This document shows positions 1 through 10,993 of a stretch of DNA of 64,000 nucleotides, piece after piece. Under the pieces are notes generated by a model. The model ran no database searches. It was not told the origin of the DNA and saw only the letters and a program-made list of their open reading frames with translations. The position numbers and the translations under genes were made by a program. The stretch comes from Selaginella moellendorffii (lineage: Eukaryota > Plantae > Lycopodiophyta): the NCBI RefSeq assembly GCF_000143415.4, contig NW_003314396.1, positions 250,025 through 314,024 of the forward strand, given 5' to 3'. Numbering within the stretch: position 1 is the stretch's first letter; each line of letters starts with the position of its first letter.

Positions 1-1920
1 GAGCTCAAGCGGCAACTATAGGAGTTGGTGGACAAAGGGTATGTTAGGTTGAGCAAGTCGCCGTATGGGGTGCCGGTGTTATTTGTGAAGAAGAAAGATG
101 GATTTATGCACATGTGCATAGACTACCGGTTGCTCAACAAGTTTACAAAGAAGAACAAGTACCCTTTACCAAGGATTAAGGACCTATTCGATAGGTTGGG
201 AAAGGCAAAATACATCTTGATTATTAACCTAAGGTCAGGATACTACCAGATCAGGGTAGCAGAGGAAGATGTCGAGAAGACAACTTGTCGAACAAGGTAT
301 GGGAGCTTTGAGTTTTTAGTGATGCCCTTCAGGCTATGCAATGTGTCGGCAACGTTTTCGGCGTTGATGAACCACATCTTTGTACTCTATTTGGATCACT
401 TTGTGGTCGTCTATATTGACAACATCTTGATCTATAGCGAAACGCTAAAGGAGCATGCCGAACACTTGACGAAGATGTTTGAGAAACTAAAGGAACACCA
501 ACTGTATGCTAAAGAGAGCAAATGTGACTTTGCTCAACAAGAGGTAAAGTTTCTCGAGCATGTGGTGGGCAAGGACGGGCTCAAGATGGACCCTAAAAAG
601 GTCCAAGTGATCCAAGATTGGGAGTGACCATCGAATGTACACGAGTTAAGGACAATCTTGGGGCTATGCAACTACTACTAAAAGTTTATCATACACTATT
701 TGAGAGTAGCCCTATCCTTAACATACCAAATGGGAAAAGGGAAGATGGTATGGACAGCAGAATGCAAGGCAGCATTTGTCCACCTCAAAGGGAAGTTGAG
801 GAAGGCTCCTGTGTTGGCGTTACTAGACTGTGGTAAAGACTTTGAGGTAGAAATGGATGCTTCAGACTTTGCATTGGGCACAGTTTTGAAGCAAGACAAC
901 CATCCAATAACATTCTTCTTGAAGAAAATGGACAAGGCTCAGCAAAAGTGGCATGCCCACAAGAAGGAATTGTTCGCGGTGGTCAAGGCACTCAAGGAGT
1001 GGTGACACTACCTTGGGAGACACTTCAATATGTACACGGACAATGTGGCAACAAAACACTTCTTGACAGACGGACAAATGAAAAGGGTGAATACGCAATT
1101 GGAGGATTATTTGCGATGCTATGTCTTAGGAGACCAGACCGATTGGGTAAGTCATTTGAGACTTGCAAAAATGTGTTATAACAACTCACCACATTCGAGT
1201 ACCAGGGTGAGTCCATGGGAAGTCATGAATGGGCAAACTATTGAAGGTCCTATAGAGCTTGGCGTGGCCAAGTACCATAGAGAGTTACCCGTAGTGGAGG
1301 CATTCATGGTGGAAAGACTCAACATTTGGAATCTGGTGAGGGATTCCTTGGAACGGGATCAACAAAGGCAAACCAAATATGCAAACCAGAAGCGTTGGGA
1401 TGTAGAGTTCCAAGCTGGGGAGAAGGTGTTGCTAAACACTAAGAACCTCAGGCTGCCAAATGGGATCAACTGGAAGTTGACCCAAAGGTAAAAATGCATG
1501 TAATCTTGGAATTGAATTGATCTTGAGTTCCTTAAGTAGGTTCGTGGGGCCTTATGAGATTGAGGCACGAATCGGTAAAGTGGCTTACCGTCTCTGACTT
1601 CCTCGAGAATGGGGAAGATACACCCAGTGTTCCATGTGAACTTACTCAAGCCGTACTTTGAGAATCCGCTTCGCAAGGACCAAGTAAGACCTTTACCTGA
1701 GGTTATCCAAGGGGAGGAGGAATACAAAGTCGAGGCCATCCTCAATGCGCACAAGAGCAAGCGACAAGGACACGAGGTGAGAGAGTTCCATGTGAAGTGG
1801 AAAGGATTTCCACACTGCGAAGCAACATGGGAACTGGAGGAGAACCTAGTGAACGCACGAGATCTAGTGGAGGAATTTCTGCAAGATAGAACTCTATGTA
1901 CTTATGCAAAGTTCAATTAA
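1..1920 (+). pseudogene. pol: Ty3/gypsy (chromovirus-type, family B) pol remnant: RT, RNase H, partial integrase and C-terminal chromodomain; disrupted by stops, frameshifts and a deletion
   Basis: RT motifs ([34 protein letters not shown]); RNase H (EMDASDFALGTVLKQ); integrase C-terminus ([12 protein letters not shown]); chromodomain (YKVEAILN...VKWKGFPHCEATWELEENL). Confidence 0.93.
1488..1539 (+). other. 52-bp GT-AG intron in gypsy integrase
   Basis: caaag|GTAAAA...TAAGTAG|gttcgtggggccttat; removing it restores KLTQRFVGPYEI. Same position in the second copy (38554-38604). Confidence 0.75.
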
Positions 1921-2323
1921 AGTATCAATTTGTGAAGTTGAGCAATGGCATATGTTGGGACCCGAAGGCGCGCCGAAGGTAAGCTAATTAGCATGGGTTA
2001 GCTAGGTTGACCAGGCGTAGGGCACTATGTCTGACTACCCGTGGGGATGTCGAATCCGTAAACGTATTCTACAGAGGTTGGGTTCAAATCCCAACCCCCT
2101 AGTAAAACACGGTTGGGTTCAAGTCCCGACCCCATACTAGGGCGTGGTGAGGTGAGGGGTATAGGGACACCTATATTCCATTGTCATGGGCTCTTGGCTA
2201 AGGAGGCTAACTTAGGCACACCGCTAAGTGGGGGGATGCCCCCAAAAACATGGTCAACAAGTCGTAGGATTTTAAAAGAGACATTCGATGATGGCATCGA
2301 ACTTCTTCTATGGGTGGTGGAGT

Positions 2324-3490
2324 TGTAAGGAACCAACTCCCCGAGGTGTTGTAGGCTAAAGGATCCCCGAAAGCATGATCGAAATGATAAAGAGTTCATC
2401 GGATGGGACTATGTCTGAGATCGAGTTCAAGACCGACTCTGAGACTGAGTTCGAGATAGAGTCCGGGATTGAGTCCGAGGCCGACTGGGAGACCGAGTTC
2501 GAGACTAAGTTCGGGACCGAGTTTGAGACTGAGTTCGAGACAGAGTCCGAGATCCGAGATCGGGTCCAAGACCGAGTCCGAGGTCGAGTCCGAGATTGAG
2601 TCCGAGATCGGGTCTGAGATCGAGTCCGAGATCAAGTCCGAGACTGAGTCCGAATTCGGGTCCGAGATTGAGTCTGAGATTGAGTCCGAGACTGAGTCCG
2701 GGTACTAATACAGGTCAAGGGGTGAAAGCCCAAAGCATGCGTCTGCCATGTGGGGCCTGCAGGGGGTTCCAAAAGTATAGTAGGGATAGTGAGGTCCAAG
2801 AACCAGTCTTGAAGGAACTCTCCAGTGGTGCTTCCAAACTGACTTGAGGTTGAGACTGGGGCCGAGGGGCCTTGGGTGGGAGTGAGCATAGACTCGGGTG
2901 GTGTCGGAGGGGCCACCCAAGGAAGTGCTCAAGAGCAGCTCCCACTCCCAAAAGGGAAACCGACTGCAGTGCTCCAGGCTCATGTGGAGTGGTGCCCCAC
3001 TTGAATACCTTATGGCTCATTGGTCCTAGCCCTTCCTAGGGGCTTGGGCTTTCCCTTCGGGATGGAAGTGGGGGGCTAGAGGTACCCATACCGGGCCGTT
3101 AGGCCACGGTGTTTCACCCCGATGTTTCGAAACAAGTGTTGCACCTAAGCCTTGGGATTTAGAGGATCCCATGATCAAGTCTTGTTGTACCAAGAGATAT
3201 TAGGACCCTGGAGGCTTGGTGTGCTTGGCTGCTTGTGCTTGCGGGGAGTGTAACCGAACCTTAAGTCTAGTCTAACCCGGGGAGGGGGATTGGGAGAGAT
3301 TTGGGAATCTGTGGATGGATGGCTAATGCTCTGTTGCTCGTGCAGTAAGTAGCTGAAACCAAGTGGGACCAAGTAGGAGCTGGTACAATAGGCGAGAACC
3401 TTGGCAAGGGAACTTAGCAAAAGCCAAGGTAGTGTTGGTCGGATAAATGAGGTAAGTTGGTAAATTAGAAAGGAAAATTTGTGGGTTACA
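2324..3490 (+). mobile_element. Family B LTR, with PPT upstream and degenerate tRNA-Met PBS plus gag start downstream; contains GAGTCCGAGA-type tandem repeats
   Basis: TGTAAGG...GGTTACA ends; atgggtggtggagt immediately upstream; atttgctattagagc downstream; homologous to 39510-40307 and to the reverse complement of 33689-36702. Confidence 0.8.
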
Positions 3491-3549
3491 ATTTGCTATT
3501 AGAGCTTTTTCCTCAGTTCTAGCGAAGGATAGAGGCGGATTGCTAGGAG

Positions 3550-3720
3550 ATGGCAAAGGCAAGGTGGAAACAAACCAAGGCGGAGACGGAACCTCCTCCA
3601 GAGCTGGAGCCTCTAGTCGAACAAGAGGCTATGGATGAGGAATTCTTACATGAGGAGGACTCTAGTGAGGAAACTTCCAAACAAGAGTCCGGTGGTGAGG
3701 TTTGGTCGTCCAAGGCTTGA
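3550..3720 (+). pseudogene. gag: Truncated gag N-terminus of family B
   Basis: ATGGCAAAGGC... matches the reverse-strand gag start at about 33641. Confidence 0.7.
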
Positions 3721-3745
3721 TTGCACTTTGATTTCTTCTTTAGCA

Positions 3746-4119
3746 TTGAGACTCATGAGACTATGAGACTCGTGATCATTATTAAGCAAGACTTGGCTAT
3801 AGGCTTCTTCGAGCTTTTGGTTCCTTGACTTTTGTGCTAATTATTCCATTTGTTAGAAGTTGTTGGTGAAGGCATTTTAGTTTCTAGCTTCAATGTTGAA
3901 GTTAGTATTTGCATCTAGCAATCATTGGTCATGATTGGCTATCATGTAGGATAGGTAATTATTCTTATTAAAAAGTTTTGCTTAATTATTGTTGATATAG
4001 AATGATTTGCCATTCTTCCGGATGGTGAATTTCTTTCTTCAACAATGATTATGCATCTCTCTTTTGATGGGAGCATTAATGATCTTTCATGATGGTTAGT
4101 TATTCTCTTTGATGGCTTA
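3746..4119 (+). repeat. Fragment of the family C internal region
   Basis: Homologous to about 15890-16278. Confidence 0.75.
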
Positions 4120-4143
4120 AAGCTCTATTTCGTTAAAGTGGGA
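4120..4143 (+). repeat. Left terminal inverted repeat
   Basis: 24/24 match to the reverse complement of 22132-22155. Confidence 0.85.
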
Positions 4144-4926
4144 TTTATTCAGTAAAATGGGACTAGGTACAAATTTTCAAGTATTTGAAAATGACGTGAA
4201 ATTATATGTTTTTTGTCCAGGGGCTAGACATATCTGGGGAATGGTGACTAGCACGGTGACTTTGTGTCCAGACTGAGTCCATCTGGTTGTATAATAAATC
4301 TCATTGTCAAAGTGAACAAGCCGAATCTGAAGCTAAAGAAGAGCGATGGCATGCGCGCACACACTATTTTTTTGTTCATTGAGCGTGTGGTGAGCTTTCC
4401 AAGATGAACGTCATTCCTATTAGCCAGACATATAACTTAATGGTGAGAACATTTAGATATTATTCAATGTTATCTTTTTCTAACGAATCTAATTATGAAG
4501 GTGTAGCAAGAGGCATTGCTAGTCTGGAGAAGTCATTTAACTCATTTGACCCTTAGTGTATTTTCATGAAACTAAATAACATTCATATTATTAAGGAATT
4601 TCTCTAGTACCTTTTTTTTACGACATAGAGGCTTGCATTTCTTTCAAAGGTGATTTAGTAAAAGGCCTGAGGGCACATGCCATTCTATTTCTCAAACCGG
4701 TATTAAGATATCCTAGTGCAAAGGGAAAAAGGTATTTGGTGATCAAGTAAATGGCATGAGGGCACATGCCATTATAAGCCTAAGCGCTAGTGGACACCTC
4801 CTTTTTGGTGTCACGCCTCACGCCATCACGCCATGCCATCACGCCTCCTCTGATTCAGATTCGGATTGTTCACCTTGAAATAAAATATATTAAAAACTTA
4901 GTAAAGGAATATTAATGAATCTCACC

Positions 4927-7900
4927 TTAAACCCGGGTTATGAATGCTCTTGCTGCATCTCTTGCATGGTCTGGCAAGGTGATGGTGGCACTCTGCTTCC
5001 GCATCCAACCATGCACAACATTATCCACCGATATGCTCATGCTGGGATCCCTTGGATTTAGCACCCATCTCTTTTCTAGGCAATCCTTCGTATATCCGAA
5101 ACTTGGCTTGAACCACTCCACAGTTACATTAAAGGAGTTAGTTTCCGCGTCCTCCTCTGCATCAGTGATGCAGCGCCCCACCCATATCATTTGTTTTTTA
5201 TTACTGGGTCTGACAAGCACGACCATTCCTTTGCAAACCTGTACTGGATTGAATGCTGAATCCGGCTTCTTGTTCCTCAGCCCACAATAGTGATCCTCAA
5301 CATCGTTATCTGTCACTGCATTTCCAGAGGACATTGTTCCGCTACTATCTGGTGCTCTGGGTTCTTGCCAAAAGGACTCTTCCAATTCTTCATATACAAC
5401 TGGCCCATTTTGGATAGCAGATATAATCTTCTCCCAGTATTCGAGCAAAGGCTTGCACCTCTGAAAATAGGATTCTCCACCAAACACCAACACCCTCTTC
5501 CAGAAGGCAATATGCTGTTTAATCCCGGCCACTATACTTTCCTGCTCTTTGAGTCCATCCGGGTGCATCGGCCGTGGGGAACCCTGAGGAATCATAGGTT
5601 CCCAAGTTATGGGATCTCTCTTGAAGAGTTCAATGCCGTCCACTGGCAGCCACACTGTGTCCCATTCTCTCATCTTGTACCTCATCACTGGAGCACCGTC
5701 ACGCATGCTGAAGTGAAATTGAAGAGGCTTGGAGTGGCCAATCAGCGTTTTGGATCCGTCCCTGATGTAGCCTCTTACAAACCCCTTAAAGTTTGGAACC
5801 TTTGTCACAAGTGCAGCTTCAACAGTGCCTTTGATGCAATTTTGGAATTCATCGTAGAGTTGTGGGAGGGTGAGGACATTGGATTGCCGGAGGGACTCTG
5901 CCAGGTGACTGAACATGGCATCGACGTCTTCATGAGTGTGCCCAACCATGAGAAAGCCAAGTGTAACCGTTTCAAATATGCCTTTGGCAACAAGCATCGC
6001 CAAGTACGCGAAGACGTACATGTTTTTGTTCTCACTGCCAGTATTGTCTGTTTGGAGCAGAAGATGGGGTGGAAGGCCACATCGGCCACAAGAACTTCCT
6101 TGAGATTCTGCTTCGTTTGGATAAGGCTGTGCATTCACCGGGCGACCAGCGTCGTCGGAATGGCATGAGGCCTCACGTAATAACCCTACAATCTGACGGC
6201 CAACATATTTATTGGGATGGCATGGGGCCCCACGCGATACTGCAAGCCTTTGCTCCTCCTCCAGCTGAACCCTGTACGGGGTTCGATCGACAAGGGCCTT
6301 ATGCAAGGGTTGGCCGTTCAGCTCAGTCTGCGCACTTTGCAGAGACCTTAAGTGTTTTGCTAGGGACGCAATCATCATGTTTGCACCCCCGCCACCCCAT
6401 AGAGGTACAAAGAAGTTCCCATAGTTCTGGGCACCATGCCCATGAGCGATTATGCCAAACAGAGACACAAGCAGCTGCATGGATGAAGAGATTGCCTTCG
6501 GGGCAGGATTGAGTCGAGGTAAGCACGTCTTTTTCTAGTCCATTTTGTCGTGGATGATGCAGAGGTAAGAGTCAGGTCTCTCCATGGAGAGAATCCTGTT
6601 ATGATAATATGCAGTCCTGCAACTTCTCTGCTCGATGTTGTGGTCGAGCCGCCTTCTAACCAACGTCTCTCGCTCTTGAGCGCTGCAAGAATTCTTCCAC
6701 AAAGCCATTTTGATAGCAGTGCACTCGTCACATTTTAAAAAGCTGGAGTACTTTCTTATACTCACATCCCTGAACCTGTTGCTCCACAATCTACTAAATC
6801 TAGATTGGCTTAGCTTCCTGTAGCCATTACTCTGGAGTTCCCGATTCACATCTTCCAATATGGCCCCCTTGGTATACATGGAAGGGAGAATTCGTTGGGT
6901 GTCTCGTGTTCCATCTTCCAAGAGGTGGGTTTTATGTGGTTGCTGCTTGCTACATATCTCGACAAACCTCTTGAAGATTGCCTCTCCATATACAACATGA
7001 CCCCTGGTTTTGTGCGTACCGTCGTTCCCATGGACTACCTGTTGAACCCTTTATTCCTCAAACTCAGTTTTGATTCTGTAGAATGTGGTTCGAGGGACTC
7101 GATAAATGATTCTCCATGCCTTCATGCAAACCAAACCCCTCTGGAAGACCATGCCCCCCACCTGATGTTCTGAAGCATCAACAGATGACCGTAATGCCTC
7201 ATACACAAAATTGCGAGCTGCCTTCCAGGACAATGTCTTGTATCTTGCTCTCTCCTCTTCAATAGCATCCCAATCAGCATGTTGACAGCACCTCCTCTTG
7301 CAACAAGCAACTGTCGAGACCATTCGAACCTCCATCGCTATTTTCTGCCTTTTCGGTTCATTGCTCAGATCCCTTTGGCTGCGCTTTAGGAAGGTGTACT
7401 TTCTTTTCCCATGAAGAGATGTTCTGTCATCAGTTGTAGTGGTGTTTGATTGTGAATCCTTCACATTCTCAAACACTAAGTGCCTCAATTTCCACCGCAC
7501 AATGCTTCCAATAGTCAGACTGTTTTCTTCTGTGTCAACAACCTCTAAAATCGCAACTCCAATATCATCCCAGCCCAATTCTTGATTAGCAACCGCATCT
7601 CTTGGATCGACAACTGTGGCTAAGCCCTCAGCTACCACCTCCCCCTCGGGGTTGTTTAGAAACACCTTTGCTTGAATCCATGTAGCACGGTTCTTAAGAT
7701 CCACGGAGGGAACATGTGTCGCACTTGCGCTGTCCCCAACATCTGCTTTCTTCTGAAGATTTTTCAAGGCAACAACAATATTTACCCCGACAACCATCTC
7801 TCCTTGTTCATTAGCGACCACATTCCCATCGAAGACAGTCTCTACTGATATGGCAGCATTGCCTTCCCCAAGCCTTTGACAGTGTATAACAAAGTTCCGA

Positions 7901-7980
7901 TCCATAGACACAAGGGTCCCTTTTGCAACTATCTTCCCACCATTCAAAATGTAAACCTTTTCCCCAACCCTAAAGGCCAT
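4927..7980 (-). pseudogene. Sola-like / DUF7869-type DDD transposase, one frame of about 1017 codons with two premature stops (7051, 6535)
   Basis: ORFs 7051..7980, 6535..6921 and 4927..6480 are in the same frame. Motifs: CCKRRCC, VCMKAW, HGN, KCDEC, IIHDKMD(Q>stop), LQTDNTGSENKN, FLMVGHTHEDVDAMFS. Confidence 0.8.
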
Positions 7981-8551
7981 TCTGAAAGTGCAGAAAAGAA
8001 GTTAAGACCATACAAAAAATGATTGGAGAATGGCCTAAATCATAACATACCAAACAACCTCAATAGCATGAGGCCACATGCCATTATTCAAACATGCTAT
8101 TGACACCCACGTGAAATTTCGCATTCACAAAATTGGCATGAGCCCTCATGCCATTAGTGGTACCACTAATGGCATGAGGCCTCACTCTATCTTTGGCCCC
8201 TGCTAGCCTGTTGCTATATTCCTTTTGCCTTGCTGCAACTGTATATATTTTTGTGTGCGTGACTAGTCACCTATACAAAAATATATACAGTTGTAGCAAG
8301 GCAAAAGGAATATGGCAATAGACTAGCAGGGGCCAAAGACGGCATGAGGCCTCATGCCATCTTGATATACACACAGCTGCAGCAAGTAAAAACATACATG
8401 ACAATACGCTAGCCATGAAATTGCAAGGGCCTAAGATGGCATGTGGCCTCATGCCATTTCTAAATGTGGTCCTAAGCCATTCCATGGTGAACATACCAGG
8501 AAGCACAAGTGCCGAATATCAAGAGGAAGCGGTAGCCACACCAAAGACAGT

Positions 8552-8680
8552 GCCGCTCGCAACACCGCAACTACTCGTAGCACCGCTCGCAACACCGCAA
8601 CTGCTCGTAGCTCCGCTCGCACAAACTGCCACTCGCATAAACTACCGCTCGCAATGGCACTCGCAATGCCGCAACCGCTT
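8552..8680 (+). repeat. Short tandem repeat, unit about 30 bp (CCGCTCGCAACACCGCAACT...)
   Basis: Visible imperfect repeats upstream of the transposase. Confidence 0.7.
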
Positions 8681-9480
8681 GTAGACGCATAAACCACAGC
8701 TCACAACGCCGCTTACACAAGCAGCGCTCACTGCGCTCAGCGGAACCAAGAACACGGCGCACAAAAATGATAGACCTAGGAATGAGTTCGAGAATTCAAA
8801 AATAACACACGCTTGAACATCACATCAAATCCTCTGACAAACCAGATCTTATGATTCCTCTGACAAATTTCAAACTGAGTAGCTTCTAGACTTTGCTGTC
8901 GGAGGTTGAACTTTGTCACATCATGTCCTTGCCTCGATCCAGCTGTGCCATGTCAGTGATTCGAACTTTGCCATGCCGTGTTAGCGATCCGCGCCAAGAT
9001 TATTCGCCGTGTAAAGGAATAATTATGCTGTGTGTTTACGTCCATTTATGGCAATATAAGGCCATACGCCATTCAAAGAATAATGCTAGTCGAGCATTTT
9101 TTGGTGCATTTTTGGGTTCAAAATTGCATGAGCCCACACGCTATAAAGTTTATCTGTACCAAAAATAGAAACAGCTTTATTTACTTGGGAATTTAAGTGG
9201 TCAAGGCATTTTTAAACTTACAAACACATGCCCTACTTACATTCCTTTGGTTGCTTAAAATTCAAAAATATTATAAACCTTTCTTTTTGCATTTTCAATG
9301 TTTTCAATTATGGTTTTTGATTTTCGTAGGACCAGCCTAGTAATCTATTTGCATCCCGTCATGTTTATAGCTAGCTTTCGTTTGTCTCCTTCGCTAGCCT
9401 GAGATACATCTGCTCGGCATCTGCCTCTTACAGCATTTGCCTAGAAAGGGCATCTTTCTTCACGCAGCATTTGCCACATG

Positions 9481-9506
9481 TTTAGGGTTTAGGGTTTAGG
9501 GTTTAG
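9481..9506 (+). repeat. (TTTAGGG)3+ plant telomere-type / telo-box tract
   Basis: tttagggtttagggtttagggtttag. Confidence 0.85.
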
Positions 9507-10374
9507 CAATTCAGTAGCTTGATAAACATGCAAATACAGAACTTGATGCAAAATCCTTTGATATGTCACAATGCCCCTAGGACCATAAACACATTTCAAT
9601 AGAGAGGGTCCTTTCATTTCATAACTCCTTACGTAGATCTTGGTGAAACCAGAGTTAGTGAAGTTAGTTTCTTGTGATCCCACATCTGATTGTGATGTCC
9701 CTTTGCAGTGTCGATGGAAAGGTCAATGCACACCAAACTGTAAAATCTTGGAGCAAAATAACGGTCGGATCTATGGCAAATGCCCCTGAAAAATAGTAAG
9801 GCTCGTGTGGTCTCATGTGGTGTCCGATCGAGATGCTTCTTTGCAGGGTCATCAAGAAAGACATTGTATACCATTCTGTAAAATTTAGTTGCGATCTAAC
9901 GGTTGGATCTCCAGAAAACTCAAAACAATCTCACGCGTGTCAGAATATTCTAGGAATATACTCCTATGTGCCCCTGAAAATGGCATGCGGCCCCACGCCA
10001 TTCAAGAGATAACACCAGATGACACTGAGTATTTTTTGGTGCATTTTTTGGGATTTGAATACCATTCTTTATTTAGCTGAACATCTGGCATTTTTGGAAA
10101 TACAAGATGCTTTGGAATATCCAATCATGCATGGTATAAATATAGCGAGGGTATTAAATGATATCCCAATCATGATCTTTCTTTTGGATTTCGCGTGCAT
10201 GCAGTCCGAGGAATGATGACGTTGCGGATTTCTTTTGGATTTCACGTGCATACATGTGTGCGGCAATCCAGAAATTAATGGTGGCGCCCAAGTCCTAGGA
10301 ATGATGACGTGGCAGGATTACCAACTGTCGTGACATTTCGCGCGTGTGAGGTTAGGTTTTGCATTTTGCTTCGT

Positions 10375-10540
10375 ACTCGCGCTCGCACACTCACACTCGC
10401 ATCGCGCTCGCACACTCACACTCGCATCGCGCTCCCACTCGCGATCACGCTCACATTCGCGCTCATCTACCTTCTCTACAGGTTTCTCATGTGCATCGGC
10501 GTCCACTCGCGCTCGCATCGCGCTCGTGTGCATCGGCGTC
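10375..10540 (+). repeat. Low-complexity CGCTCGCACACTCACACT repeats
   Basis: Visible direct repeats. Confidence 0.7.
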
Positions 10541-10993
10541 CACTTCAAGACACACCCAGTTTGTAACTTTGCCGCCAACTCCGCCGCCCACTCCGCCACC
10601 CACACACAGCCCACTTGGCGTCCCGGGAGATTTCAGCGCCACTCTCCAACTGTAAGTGGCAGAGTAGCCTTGCTGCTAAGATCCGCTGCACACACAGTGC
10701 ACATTCGCCAGCGAGTCTGGCCTCGATTGTCACGCCTCCATTCGGCTTCAAATGGTAAGTCTTTTAGGCCAAGTAGAAAATGGCATGAGGCCATATGTCA
10801 TTCAGTAGCAACATTGGCATGCACCGATTGGGCTCTCGAGTGCAGTCCGGTTACAGATGGCGTGTAGCCTCACGCCATCTTAGAATGCAGCCTCAAGACA
10901 TCTGATGCAATGGTGAATGGCGTGTGGCCTCATGTTATTTCCAGCTGCTAGCTTTTCATCTGTCAGCTCTAATTGTTGTGCATTTCTGAACAG

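Noticed and set aside
1990-2140. Functional tRNA gene
   Set aside because: No canonical anticodon arm and the T-arm is duplicated; reported only as tRNA-like.
5290-6168. 292-aa plus-strand ORF
   Set aside because: Antisense shadow of the transposase with no motifs of its own.
8062-8460. CRISPR-like array from the clustered palindromes
   Set aside because: Spacing is irregular, copies are degenerate and dispersed, there are no cas genes, and the context is eukaryotic.
9481-9506. Chromosome end or telomere fusion
   Set aside because: Fewer than four units, internal to a transposon.
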